From positions 32,001 through 96,000 of the forward strand of contig CAXXVO010000017.1 in the NCBI GenBank assembly GCA_963422645.2: a DNA stretch of 64,000 nucleotides, read 5' to 3'. Positions 21,703 to 31,758 of the stretch are shown here, in pieces. The notes under the pieces are model-generated. The model did no database searches, was not told where the DNA came from, and saw only the letters and a program-made list of their open reading frames with translations. Source of the stretch: Alphaproteobacteria bacterium. GTDB taxonomy: Bacteria > Pseudomonadota > Alphaproteobacteria > UBA828. The position numbers and the translations under genes were made by a program. The first letter of the stretch is position 1. Every line of letters begins with the position of its first letter.

Positions 21703-23215
21703 GACCGGCCTCCCTCAGGCTGTCGTAGCGCTGACAGTCGGCTACCGGCTTGTGGCGAAGCTGCAGGCCCTCGGGCGTCGGGATGATTGCCGGCGGTGCC
21801 GGCTGGCGCTGCCGGGCGAGGATGTTGAGCACCACGTCGGCGCTGCAGGCACCGCAGTCGAGCGTCTCGGCACAGGCCGCCTCAACCGCCTCCAGTCCGT
21901 CCTCCAGCACCGCCGCGAGCACCTTGACGAACTGCCGGTCGCCGTCGTCGTGGCCCGCGAGCCGGGTTCGCAGGCGGCCGAGCGCGTTGGGCAACTGCCA
22001 GTCCTTGAAGGGCGCGCCATTGCGTAGCGCGCCGGGCTTCCGCGTCAGGATCGGCACGTAATGCCACGGATCGTAGACGAACCGGCCGCGCCCGAAGCTG
22101 CGGGGGTGCTCGGCAACGGTCTCGCCGTCCTGGCGGATGACGATCCGATCGGCATAGGCCCGCACGTCCACCGGCCGGCCGACGGCGCGGGCCGCGACGC
22201 TGTACTGGTTGTTGTCGAAGCGCACCAGACAGGTCTTCGAGACCGACACCTCGCTGGCATGGAAGCCGTCGAAGGGGCCGCGATACGCCATCAGGAAGGG
22301 CTGCTCCTCCTCGAACACCTGCCACACCGTCTTGCCCGGGATTGTCGGATGCGGATGCTTCTTGGCGTCCTCGATGCACCGATCCATCAGCCACTCGTTG
22401 ATCTCGGCGTAGGAGCGGCCCCGCGGGATGGGCACGAACAGGCGGCCGCGAAGGTCACCCACCTGCTTCTCGACCTGCCCCTTCTCCCAGCCAGCCCCTG
22501 GCGTGCACGCCACAGGCTCCACCAGATGGTGCGAGCACAGCTCCTGGAAGCGGCGGTTGTAGTCCCGCTTCTTGCCCACGAAGATCGTGCTCACCGCCGT
22601 CTTCATGTTGTCGTAGATGCCCCGCCGGCAGACCCCGCCGAAGAAGCGGAAGGCACGCTCGTGCGCCTCGAAGACCATCTCCTGGCTCTCGCGGGGAAAG
22701 ATCTGGACCAGATACATCCGGCTGTGGCACAGCCGCATGTGCGCCGCCTTCACCCTGGTCGTCGCGCCCGACAGACGCGCGTACTCGTGGCTCCAGTCGA
22801 ACTGGTAGGCCTCGCCGGGATCGAAGATCAGCGGCACATAGGCCTGCGCCGGCGACAACAGCCGCCACCGGCGCCGCCAGGCCCTGGCATAGCGGCGAAC
22901 CGCGTCATAGCCGCCCTTGTAGCCCAGCGACACAAGGTCTTCATGAATCCGCAGAAGAGACAGCCGATCCTTGCGTGCCTTCTTCTCGTTGGCCTTCAGC
23001 TGGCGCTCAAGCTCCTCCACCCACAGCCCAAGCTTCGGCATCGGCTGGATCTTGCGCTCGTAGCTGTGCGAGGTCGCATCGCCCCGCACCACCTTGCGTA
23101 TCGTGTTCTTGGAAACCCTCAAATCCCGGGCGAGCTTCTTGATCGGAACGCCCTTCACCAGATGATCCCGACGGATCTTCGCGATCGTTTCCACAACCAG
23201 CATCTCCCCCACCAC
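21689..23215 (-). CDS. istA: IS21 DDE transposase
   Basis: Protein identical to copy 1. Confidence 0.95.
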   Translation of the reverse strand: MVGEMLVVETIAKIRRDHLVKGVPIKKLARDLRVSKNTIRKVVRGDATSHSYERKIQPMPKLGLWVEELERQLKANEKKARKDRLSLLRIHEDLVSLGYKGGYDAVRRYARAWRRRWRLLSPAQAYVPLIFDPGEAYQFDWSHEYARLSGATTRVKAAHMRLCHSRMYLVQIFPRESQEMVFEAHERAFRFFGGVCRRGIYDNMKTAVSTIFVGKKRDYNRRFQELCSHHLVEPVACTPGAGWEKGQVEKQVGDLRGRLFVPIPRGRSYAEINEWLMDRCIEDAKKHPHPTIPGKTVWQVFEEEQPFLMAYRGPFDGFHASEVSVSKTCLVRFDNNQYSVAARAVGRPVDVRAYADRIVIRQDGETVAEHPRSFGRGRFVYDPWHYVPILTRKPGALRNGAPFKDWQLPNALGRLRTRLAGHDDGDRQFVKVLAAVLEDGLEAVEAACAETLDCGACSADVVLNILARQRQPAPPAIIPTPEGLQLRHKPVADCQRYDSLREAGHGAS

Positions 23216-23336
23216 CCCGTCCGTCCAAACGACGAGGTGTGTTCATGGACACAAATCCAAGGGGGTCAATTTTGGACGCCGATCACCCCCAATAGGGGGT
23301 CACTTTTCCACGCTTAACAACAGGTCAGGAAGTCTG

Positions 23337-23516
23337 ATACTGCGCTCCTGAACTTCTCCGGCTCATCCTGAGTATCGCTGTCCTCTCATCTTGTTCGCGA
23401 CGCGGCGTTCATCATCCTCTCGCGCTCAAGAGAGTAGGCACCCCCGCGGCGTGGGGGCGTTGACGCAAAAGGAACTGGCTTGTTCCATAAGAGAGAGGGG
23501 GTACCTGGGCAGTTAC
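23337..23516 (-). mobile_element. isolated end of a second IS66-type element
   Basis: Minus strand begins GTAACTGCCCAGGTACCCC, sharing 14 bp with the IS66 terminal repeat and 18/19 bp with 49666-49684. Confidence 0.65.
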
Positions 23517-23925
23517 TATCTGTTGCTCCACCTCTCGGCCTTGGAGTGCCTAAATAGCTTTGCCGACTGCCTGACCTACTATGCCGTCTGCTGACTCCTG
23601 CGCCGCGATCAGGTCCCCTTGCGGTTCCCTCAGTTCCAGACTTGGAACACGGCACAGGCCTCCCCAGGTAAGCTCGGTCGCCTTCCCCGCACACCTGCCG
23701 GATCTACAAACTTGGCCTTGATGGATATGGACTTCGCGATCCGTTGCCCGCTCGTCCGACCAAGCCTGCCTCATATCCGGTTTCTGTTCGTCAGGTCGCG
23801 GTTTTGCTCCACGCTTCCTTCAGACACCACCTCGCGGGGATGCCCTTGCGCTTTGCTAATCCTTCACCTCCATCAGGTTGGATAGAAGACTTTCACTTCC
23901 CAGCTACCGAGCATGCTGGGCACAC
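23517..23925 (-). ncRNA. group II intron (class IIC-like) 5' fragment, domains I-III, RT ORF absent
   Basis: Minus strand starts GTGTGCCCAGCATG and contains GTCTGAAGGAAGC, GAGCTTACCTGGGGAGG and GAGTCAGCAGACGGCATAGTAG; it follows a stem-loop and is cut by an IS66-type end. Confidence 0.8.
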
Positions 23926-24137
23926 AACGAGGTCACGGGAAACCCGCGCCATCAGTGACCGGAGGCGACAAAATGGTTCGGGCCAAGCTTAACATCGGGT
24001 GCCGCTACAGCACGCCAGTGCGCAAACGGCCTCTTCACCCCACCCGCAGCCAGTTCACGCCCGAGGCGTCGCAGACACAAGCCCCCGTTACTCCCGCGAC
24101 CGAGCCGGAGCGACGCGCCGGTGGAGGCTTAACAACA

Positions 24138-24580
24138 TTCCCGAGGCGCGTCCGACCGTCATGTTGGCGGAGCGGACGTTCTGGGAGAAGGCAACCGCCA
24201 TCCATGTCTTCTGCCGCCAGGAGCGGCGCCGCGGCGAGCGCCTGTCGAGGCACTGGCACGATCTCGCGCGCCTCGACGAGGCGGGGACCGCGTCGAACGC
24301 TCTGGCTGATGACGCGCTCGCCCTTTCCGTCGCTCGTCACAAGGCAATGTTCTTCACCGAGAACGATGCCCACGGCGACCGGATCGACTATGAAGCTGCG
24401 GTCTCAGGCGGCCTTCAGCTCGTTCCCTCCGGCGCCGCGCATACGGTGCTCGCCGGGGACTACGCGAAGATGCTGGCCGACGGCATGCTGCTCGACGAGA
24501 GCGAGCCGTTCGAAGCCCTGATGGAGCGATGCGCGGCGATCGAGGCGCGAGCCAACGGGCTACGGTCGGAGGACCGATGA
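24138..24580 (+). pseudogene. AbiEii/AbiGii nucleotidyltransferase toxin, C-terminal fragment
   Basis: AERTFWEKATAIH, RLSRHWHDL, VARHKAMFF, LAGDYAKM; no N-terminal NTase part. Confidence 0.78.
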
Positions 24581-24713
24581 CGGACGCATTCGTACTTCGT
24601 GAAGAACTCGTCGCCGAGCACGAGCGCTTTGACAGCTTTAACCAACGTCAGATCGTGAATGTTGCTTGATGATGCGTATTGGGCGGGGAGGTAAACGCAT
24701 ACGCGAGGCACTA

Positions 24714-25896
24714 GTCACCTAAATCTAAAGTTCGTGGCATAAGTTTTGTTCGACCCGAAGGCAGAAGCGCTTGACGGCAGCGAGGATGTCGTCGGCTGAT
24801 TTGGTCCACCTGAAGGGTCGAGGATTTTCGTTGTGGGTTTCGATGAAAGCGCGGATGTCGGCCTCGAGCTGGAGGGTGGAGCGGTGCACCCCGCGTTGCA
24901 GCTGCTTGCGTGTCAGCTCGGCGAACCAGCGTTCGACCTGGTTGATCCACGACGCCGACGTCGGCGTGAAGTGAACGTGCCAATGCGGACGCCGCGCCAG
25001 CCAGGCCTTGACCCCCGCCGTCTTGTGGGTGGCGTAGTTGTCCATGACGACGTGGATGTCCAGTCCGTCCGGGACATTGCGATCGATCACCTTCAGGAAG
25101 TCGAGGAACTCCCTGGCCCGGTGGCGGCGATAGCACTTGCCTATGACCGAGCCGGTGGCAACGTCGAGGGCGGCGAAGAGCGAGGTCGTGCCGTTGCGCT
25201 TGTAGTCATGGGTGCGCCGCTCAGGGATGCCCGGCAGCATCGGCAGGACCGGCTGTGTACGGTCGAGGGCCTGGATCTGGCTCTTCTCGTCGACGCAGAG
25301 CACCAGCGCGCGATCCGGCGGCGACATGTAGAGGCCTACGATGTCGCGGACCTTCTCCACGAAGTGCGGATAGGCCGACAGCTTGAAGGTCTCGGCCCGA
25401 TGGGGCTGCAGGCCGAAGGCGCCCCAGATGCGCCAGATCGACGTGTGCGACAGCCCCGCCTCCTTCGCCATCGAGCGCAGCGACCAGTGGGTGGCGTCCG
25501 CAGGCGTCGAGGTGAGCGTCCGCTCGATCACTTGCGCCACCTTCTCGTCCGCGATGGTCCGCGGCCGTCCCGGCCGGGGTTCGTCCGACAGACCCTCGAT
25601 GCGGTCCTTGACGAAGCGCCTCCGCCACTTGCCGACGGTGTGTTCGTGCACGCCGATCTCTGCGGCCACCGCCTTGTTGCCAAGCCCGTCCGCGCAAAGC
25701 AGGATCATGCGGCAGCGATCCGACATGGAGCGCGCCACACGGTGGCGGCGAACCTGCGCTTCCAGAAACGACCGCTCCTCACCGCTCAAGACCAGGGCCG
25801 CCAGCGGCCGTCCCGTACCGCGCGCCATCGAGATGACCTCCTCTGTCCGACTCGGAGAGCCACCCTACAATGAACCCTACTTCAGTGCCAGGTGAC
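24714..25896 (-). mobile_element. IS630-family element inserted at CTAG (TA duplicated)
   Basis: cTA-GTCACCT...AGGTGAC-TAg termini. Confidence 0.92.
24725..25828 (-). CDS. IS630 transposase
   Basis: [37 protein letters not shown]. Confidence 0.95.
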   Translation of the reverse strand: MARGTGRPLAALVLSGEERSFLEAQVRRHRVARSMSDRCRMILLCADGLGNKAVAAEIGVHEHTVGKWRRRFVKDRIEGLSDEPRPGRPRTIADEKVAQVIERTLTSTPADATHWSLRSMAKEAGLSHTSIWRIWGAFGLQPHRAETFKLSAYPHFVEKVRDIVGLYMSPPDRALVLCVDEKSQIQALDRTQPVLPMLPGIPERRTHDYKRNGTTSLFAALDVATGSVIGKCYRRHRAREFLDFLKVIDRNVPDGLDIHVVMDNYATHKTAGVKAWLARRPHWHVHFTPTSASWINQVERWFAELTRKQLQRGVHRSTLQLEADIRAFIETHNENPRPFRWTKSADDILAAVKRFCLRVEQNLCHEL

Positions 25897-26012
25897 TAGA
25901 CGAGGCGCTGTTCGCGCTCGGCAGCCTGGTGACCGTTCGCTACCATCACTCTTCCTAATGCCGCAGCGCGGTCCTCGTCAACGCAACGGACAAAACATAA
26001 GGGCACTGCTTC

Positions 26013-27089
26013 ATGGCGCACAAAGAGATTCGAGAGGCTCCAGCATCCCCCTACAAGCACACGCAGGAATCCGTGCAGCGCCCCGACGTTGGCGTCGAGG
26101 GGCAGTTTGCCCACAAGAAACCGCCCCGGACCTACCGCTACGACTCCAGTCTTGCGCCGGAGCTTTCTTGGGACGAGAGCGCGGATCGGGCTTTCGCCGA
26201 GTGGCTGCTCGGAATGATCGCCGAGGCCGCCGAGAAGGGAGTGGATAAGGTTTTCGCCGAACCGCAGGTTTGGCAGGGGACCGAGGAGCGCTTCACCTCG
26301 CTCTCACAGTGTGCTGCGCGGCTGCGCAGCCTGACCAAACCCTTCCTCGACTGGAGCGGAAAGGCCGAGCGACAGCAGGTCAGCGTGCCAACGCTGCCGC
26401 TTTTCGTCCACGAGCGCCATTCCACGCAGGCGATTCTGGAGACCCTGCAATCTCACAAGGCGCGAGGCACCACGCTCGATCTCTTCGGTGACATTGACCT
26501 CGACATTGCCGACAAGCTTGACGCCTATGAGCACAAGGGTCCGTGGACCAACCGGCTCGTACTTGGCGATTCACTTCAGGTGATGAACTCCCTCCTCGAA
26601 TACGAGGGCATGGGCGGCCAGGTGCAGATGCTCTACTTCGACCCACCCTATGGAGTGAAATTCGGATCAAACTTCCAGCCCTTCGTCCGCAAGAACAGCG
26701 TCAAGCACGGTTCCGACGACGAAATGATCCGCGACCCCGAGATGGTCAAAGCCTATCGGGATACATGGGAACTCGGGCTCCACTCCTACCTGACATACCT
26801 GCGTGATCGTTTGATGCTGGCGAAGGAGATGCTCTCCGACTCCGGCTCGCTTTTCGTTCAGATATCCGACGACAACATCCACCACATCCGTGAGGTGCTG
26901 GACGAGGTGTTTCCGAGCGGCTTCGTCTCGCAGATCAGCTTCCAGACCACATCCGGGTTTGAGTTCTCGACCTTGCCCACGGTCGGAGATTTCCTGCTTT
27001 GGTACGCGAAGGACAAGGAGAAGGTCCGCTACAACAAAGTCTTCCATCCACAGCCGGTTGAACTGGGGAAGGGAAATGCTCGATGGGTG
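26013..27089 (+). pseudogene. N6-adenine DNA methyltransferase (type III Mod-like), truncated by IS66
   Basis: WTNRLVLGDSLQVMNSL, YFDPPYG, AYRDTWELG, YLRDRL; the FxGxG part is missing after the IS66 junction at 27090. Confidence 0.85.
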
Positions 27090-28977
27090 GTAACTGCCCA
27101 GGTTCTTGCTGTGAAAATTCTCTGGGATTCGGCACAACGCTACCCACGCGACGCCCGTGTGCTCCTCTGTGGTCGCCGGGTTTCACAGCTCACGATGCCC
27201 CTCTTGCGGACTGCGACCGGTAAGCTACCCCGATGTGGCCCGAAGTCCGCCCGCGCGACGGGCACCGATTTTCATTCTATGGGGTGGTCCAGCACGGCGT
27301 CGACCATGATCGTTTATGAGAATGGCTCCGCTGTTGGAGAACCCGTGCCAGGTGAGCTTACGCGCACTTGACGGTGGCGATGAGCCGATCCGATGGGCTG
27401 GTCAGGGCTTCGATGATATTCCAGCCCTGCTTTCTGGCGGTGGTGATGACGCTGCGCAGGATGGCGAAGTTCTCGGCCCCCTGCGCGGACCGGAAGCCCC
27501 CGGAGATCTTCTGGCGCAGCTTCATCATCCGAAGGTCGCGCTCGGCCTCGTTGTTCGTGAACCCGACCTCGAGGTCGATCAGGAACCGGAGCACCGCGCA
27601 TTTGTGGTCGCGCAGCCTCAAGGCCAGATTGTGACCGATCCTTCGCTTCCGGCGCTTCTTCCTCTTGCCAGGCGAGAACGGTGGTTGGCTCTCGTGAAAG
27701 GCCAGCGCATCGGCGATGATCTCGTCGTATCGGCGCTCGATCAGCGCCACAAGCCTCGCCGGAACGGCGATATCCTTGTCCAGCGCGATGCGGGCGGCGC
27801 GATTGGCTCGGCGCAGGAGCTGCTGCATCCGCCGGGCCCAAGCCTCCCCTTCGATGTCCACCAGCGCCTGCAACTCCCGCAGGTGATGGGCGTTGCACAG
27901 GCCGTGCTCCACCCCTTCCATCGCGAAGTACGGCTTCCAGTGATCGTGCACGACGATGCCGGAGACACCCGAGAGCAGGGCGCCGCGCTTGCCGCTGACC
28001 CGGTACGCCGCCAGCAGCGGCGTGCAGATCACATGAAGCCACTGCGTCTGACCGCCGATCCGCAAGCCGGTCTCGTCCATGTGTTTCACCCGCGCCGTGC
28101 CCGCCGCCAGGTCCTGTATGTGCAAGGCCGCGTCCCGCAGCCGCTCGGCCGCCCTCTCGCTCATCGTCGCCAACGTCGCAGCCGTCACCGGCGCGCCGAA
28201 GAGCTCGGCCATCACCTGCGACAGCCGATCCTCCGGCAGGAAGTGAGCGTGCTGAAGGTAGACCGCCACCCCGGCAATGCGCGGGCCGTACTGCACCGGC
28301 GCCGACACCCCGTCGGGGAACGCCGCCCGGGTCACCGTCCCGCAATGCCCGCAGCACTTGGCATGCGCCCGGTGCTCGGTCACCTCCAGGGGGCTCGGCT
28401 CGGGCAGATCGAACACCTGGCGGGCGACGGGCGTTCCCGCCCTGGCCGCGTCCGAAAGCGGCGAACCGCATCCCTTGCAGGAAGCCGGGACGTGATCCTT
28501 CACCCGATCCGGGTGATCGGCGCGGCGCAGCGTCTTGCCCTTGTGGCCGGGCTGGCCACCGGGCTTGCGGCCCGATTTGCCGCGCAGGCTTCGGGTTCGC
28601 CGCTTCGAATTCGGCTTCCTCAGCCCATCGCTCGAAGGCGGCTTGCCGCTGTTGCCGCTGTTGAGGCCGAGACGGCGCTCCAACTCCTCGATGCGCTCGA
28701 CGAGACGCGCGACTTGCTCTTCCAGCCGCGCGTTCTGCTGCCGAAGCCAGGCATTTTCCTCCCGAAGCCGGGCGTTCTCCTCCTCCAGGCGGGCGATCTT
28801 CTGCGCGGGCGTTTCGGGCGCTGCTCCCGTCGAAGGGCCGCGCGGCGACTCGGGATTGCTCATGTCGTTGTTGAGTCATTTCCCGAAATTCCCGTCAAGC
28901 CCTTTCCACCAACTCCGAACGAGAAACGCCTCAATCCACTGGCCCAAAATGACAAATCAGACGACCTGGGCAGTTAC
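27090..28977 (-). mobile_element. IS66-family element (single-ORF, ISBst12-like), copy A, no matching duplication
   Basis: GTAACTGCCCAGGT terminal inverted repeats; flanks GATGGGTG and CTTAACAC differ. Confidence 0.92.
27358..28863 (-). CDS. IS66 transposase (TnpC type)
   Basis: Coiled coil, NSGKPPSSD, Zn ribbon, HMDETG, VHDHW, LCNAHHLREL, TNNEAERDLR. Confidence 0.93.
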   Translation of the reverse strand: MSNPESPRGPSTGAAPETPAQKIARLEEENARLREENAWLRQQNARLEEQVARLVERIEELERRLGLNSGNSGKPPSSDGLRKPNSKRRTRSLRGKSGRKPGGQPGHKGKTLRRADHPDRVKDHVPASCKGCGSPLSDAARAGTPVARQVFDLPEPSPLEVTEHRAHAKCCGHCGTVTRAAFPDGVSAPVQYGPRIAGVAVYLQHAHFLPEDRLSQVMAELFGAPVTAATLATMSERAAERLRDAALHIQDLAAGTARVKHMDETGLRIGGQTQWLHVICTPLLAAYRVSGKRGALLSGVSGIVVHDHWKPYFAMEGVEHGLCNAHHLRELQALVDIEGEAWARRMQQLLRRANRAARIALDKDIAVPARLVALIERRYDEIIADALAFHESQPPFSPGKRKKRRKRRIGHNLALRLRDHKCAVLRFLIDLEVGFTNNEAERDLRMMKLRQKISGGFRSAQGAENFAILRSVITTARKQGWNIIEALTSPSDRLIATVKCA

Positions 28978-29011
28978 CTTAACACACCTCACGCATCGGC
29001 GAACGCACATT

Positions 29012-29465
29012 CTAGGTGCGCAAGAGGGCTGCGATGGCTTGCCCGACCCTCTCGGCCGCTTGCTCGATTTCCCGGTCTCCCAAATGCGCGTAGCGCAGCG
29101 TCGTGCGCACGTCGGAATGGCCGAGCAGCCGCGCGACCAGCGGCACTGGCACGCCGTTCATCACCGCGTGACTGGCATGGGTATGGCGCAGATCGTGAAG
29201 GCGAACGTCCTCGATGCCCGCCTCGCGCCGGGCGCAATACCAGAAGGGAAGGTTGCGGTTGCGGGGCCGGTCGGGATCTCTCGGCGAAGGAAAGACGAAG
29301 GGGCTTCCGCCGTTCGGTCGGCGTTGGAGAATGTGCCGGGCCTGGGTATTGAGGGGAACGATCCTTGGCCCGGTCTTGCCGTCGGCAAGGACCATCCTGT
29401 CGCGATCGACTTCCAACCAACGCAGGCGGAGGATCTCGCTCCTGCGGCATCCGGTCAGAAGCAGG
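29012..29465 (-). pseudogene. tyrosine integrase 2, C-terminal part
   Basis: LTGCRRSE, DGKTG, HDLRH, LLGH, LRY; joins in frame with 36423-37113 once the 29466-36422 insert is removed. Confidence 0.88.
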
Positions 29466-29536
29466 TGAGCGCGCGCGGTCTTTCAGCGGGGATCGGGGCC
29501 TGATCCGCTCGGATTTGTTGAGGTTTTGGGGCGGGT

Positions 29537-29580
29537 GCCCCTCGGCGAACTTGCAAGAAGTTCGCCGGGGGGCTTTGTCT
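29537..29580 (+). terminator. terminator-like hairpin inside the transposon left end
   Basis: GCCCCTCGGCGAACTT-gcaag-AAGTTCGCCGGGGGGC followed by TTTGTCT. Confidence 0.6.
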
Positions 29581-29615
29581 CGTGGTGACGGTCACAATCG
29601 CCAGAGACGGCCCCA

Positions 29616-30233
29616 ATGTCGCACAACATTTTCCGCCACTCCATGCTTTGCAACGCCCTGGTCTGGGCCTGGCTGCGCGAGGTCGATGAGGCCGAGGCGG
29701 CGCGCTGCCGCGAGGCGGGCTGCCGACACTGCCCCGGCAAGCTGCACAGCGCGACGTATCCGCGCAAGCCGTACGGTCTGGCAGCCGAGTTGAGGGAAGA
29801 GGGCACGCGGCGGTTCAGCTTCTGCTGCGCGGATTGCCGCCTGCGAGCGACCCCACCATCGGTACGATTCTTCGGGCGCCGCTTTTATCTGGGCGCCCTG
29901 TTCGTTCTGTTGAGTGCACTGGTTCTGAGAGGCGGGGTGCGGTTGCAGACGATCAAGCGGAAGTGGGGGGTCTCGGTCGCCACACTGCGCCGCTGGCGGA
30001 AGTGGTGGCTGGAGGCGTTCCCGGCGACGGAGCCCTGGGGAGCGAAGCGTGGCGAACTGGTGATGCCACCCGAGGAGGTGCCGCTGCTCTTCGTGCTGCG
30101 GCAGATGCGGGGCGGACGCTTCGGTGAGCGTCTGTTCCTGAGCCTGATCTGGTTCAAGCCGTGGACGGGCTATTGCGGGCTCGGCGATGGCTCGGCGCCG
30201 CCCGCAGAAAGTGTTCCTGTCACGCCCGGATAG
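29616..30233 (+). CDS. transposon-associated Cys-rich Zn-ribbon/HTH protein (DUF6431-like)
   Basis: CREAGCRHC...FCCADC, TPPSVRF, HTH-like WGVSVATLRRWRKWW; first gene of the element. Confidence 0.65.
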   Translation: MSHNIFRHSMLCNALVWAWLREVDEAEAARCREAGCRHCPGKLHSATYPRKPYGLAAELREEGTRRFSFCCADCRLRATPPSVRFFGRRFYLGALFVLLSALVLRGGVRLQTIKRKWGVSVATLRRWRKWWLEAFPATEPWGAKRGELVMPPEEVPLLFVLRQMRGGRFGERLFLSLIWFKPWTGYCGLGDGSAPPAESVPVTPG

Positions 30234-30282
30234 GGCGTTCTACATGGGCATCTCTCCGATGCGGCGAGGGAGGGATGCCGGA

Positions 30283-31758
30283 ATGGACAAGGACGACGCA
30301 GGCGCCAGGCGCGAGAAGTGGGCCCGGCTGCGCTTTGCGGTGGTGGGGCCGCTTCTGGCTTCACTGCCGCCTGCAGGCCAGCTGGGGGCCGAGTTCGAGC
30401 GTCTGTCGCAGCGCGACTGGGAGCACCCGTCGGGCAAGGGGCCGGTGCGCTTTGCGGCCTCGACGATCGAGCGCTGGTACTACCGGGCGCGGGCAGAGGA
30501 GCAGGACCCGGTCAAGGCGCTGCGCCGGAAGCCTCGGACCGACGTCGGCCGCGAGCGGTCCATGTCGGCGGGGCTGATCGCGGCGCTGCGCGAGCAGTAC
30601 CGGGTCCATCCCTCGTGGGCGGCGCAGCTCCACTACGAGACCCTCAAGGCTCATGTTGCGACCCATCCCGAGCTCGGCCCGATGCCGTCCTACGCGACGC
30701 TGACGCGGGCGATGCGCAATCGCGGCCTGGTGCGCGAGCGCCCCAGGAAGTGGCACGAGGGTGAGGACAAGCCGGCGGTCGAAGCCCGCGAGGTCCTTAG
30801 CTACGAGGTGTCTCGCAGTCACGCGCTGTGGCACGGGGACTTCCACCACGGCAAGCGCCGCGTGCTGACGGCGTCGGGCGAATGGCAGACGCCCATCCTG
30901 CTCGGCTTCCTCGACGACCACTCCAGGCTTGGCTGCCACCTGCAGTGGTACCTGGAGGAGACCGCCGAGGTCTTCGTCCACGGGCTCTGTCAGGCCTTCA
31001 TGAAGAGGGACTTGCCCAGGTCCCTGCTGACCGACAACGGCGGGCCGATGACGGCGGGCGAGGTCGAGGAGGGCTTGCACCGCCTCGGCATCGTGGGGGC
31101 CACGACACTCGCTTACAGCCCCCATCAAAATGGAAAAATCGAGTCGTTCTGGGGCACGGTCGAGGGCCGCCTGATGGCTCAGCTCGAAGGCGTCGACGCG
31201 CTCACCCTGAAGATGCTCAACGACGCCACCATAGCCTGGCTGGAGCAGGACTACCATCGGCGGGTGCACCGCGAGCTCGGCATGACGCCGCATGAACGCC
31301 TCGCCGGGAGCGTCAAGGCATCGAGGCCCTGCCCCGCCTCGGACGAGCTCAAGGCGGCCTTCCGCATCGCCAGGAAGCGCACGCTCAGGCGCTCGGACGG
31401 CACCGTCTCGGTCGAGGGCATCCGCTACCAGGTGCCACAGCCGTGGCGCCACCTGAGGACGCTCTGGGTCCGCTATGCGCGCTGGGACCTCAGCGGCGTC
31501 GATCTGGTGGAAGGCCGAAGCGGCGAGCGGCTGTGCACGCTGTACCCCCTCGACAAGCGCGGCAACGCCGATGGCGTCCGCCGTCCTGCGAGACCCGGCA
31601 GCGACCATGGCGGCGCCAGCGCGGGCGTCGGCGAACTTCCGCCGCTGCTCAAGGGCGTGCTCGACGCCCAGGCCGCAACAGGCCTGCCGCCGGCCTGGGT
31701 ACCCCATAACAAGACGCCCGGTCCGGGCGAGGACGACGATCAGGGAGATCCGTCATGA
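30283..31758 (+). CDS. DDE integrase/transposase (rve core, Mu-transposase C-terminal type)
   Basis: LWHGDFHH, FLDDHSR, LLTDNG, NGKIESFW, HRELGMTP, DGTVSVEGIRY. Confidence 0.9.
   Translation: MDKDDAGARREKWARLRFAVVGPLLASLPPAGQLGAEFERLSQRDWEHPSGKGPVRFAASTIERWYYRARAEEQDPVKALRRKPRTDVGRERSMSAGLIAALREQYRVHPSWAAQLHYETLKAHVATHPELGPMPSYATLTRAMRNRGLVRERPRKWHEGEDKPAVEAREVLSYEVSRSHALWHGDFHHGKRRVLTASGEWQTPILLGFLDDHSRLGCHLQWYLEETAEVFVHGLCQAFMKRDLPRSLLTDNGGPMTAGEVEEGLHRLGIVGATTLAYSPHQNGKIESFWGTVEGRLMAQLEGVDALTLKMLNDATIAWLEQDYHRRVHRELGMTPHERLAGSVKASRPCPASDELKAAFRIARKRTLRRSDGTVSVEGIRYQVPQPWRHLRTLWVRYARWDLSGVDLVEGRSGERLCTLYPLDKRGNADGVRRPARPGSDHGGASAGVGELPPLLKGVLDAQAATGLPPAWVPHNKTPGPGEDDDQGDPS

Larger units (their letters stand above)
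20772..23322 (-). mobile_element. IS21-family element, copy 2, with 9-bp duplication GGTCAGGAA
   Basis: GGTCAGGAA at 20763-20771 and 23323-23331; the uninterrupted site is visible at 57351-57366. Confidence 0.95.
18875..23336 (-). mobile_element. unclassified IS with CAGACTTCCTGACCTC ends (element X), copy 1; 3' part lost, IS21 copy 2 inserted in its terminal repeat
   Basis: 18875-20771 matches copies at 44640 and 54854; the terminal repeat is completed by GTCTG at 23332-23336 after IS21 copy 2. Confidence 0.88.

Noticed and set aside
24577-24669. 30-codon ORF MTDAFVLREELVAEHERF overlapping the AbiEii stop
   Set aside because: Possibly a relic gene start, but too short to assign.
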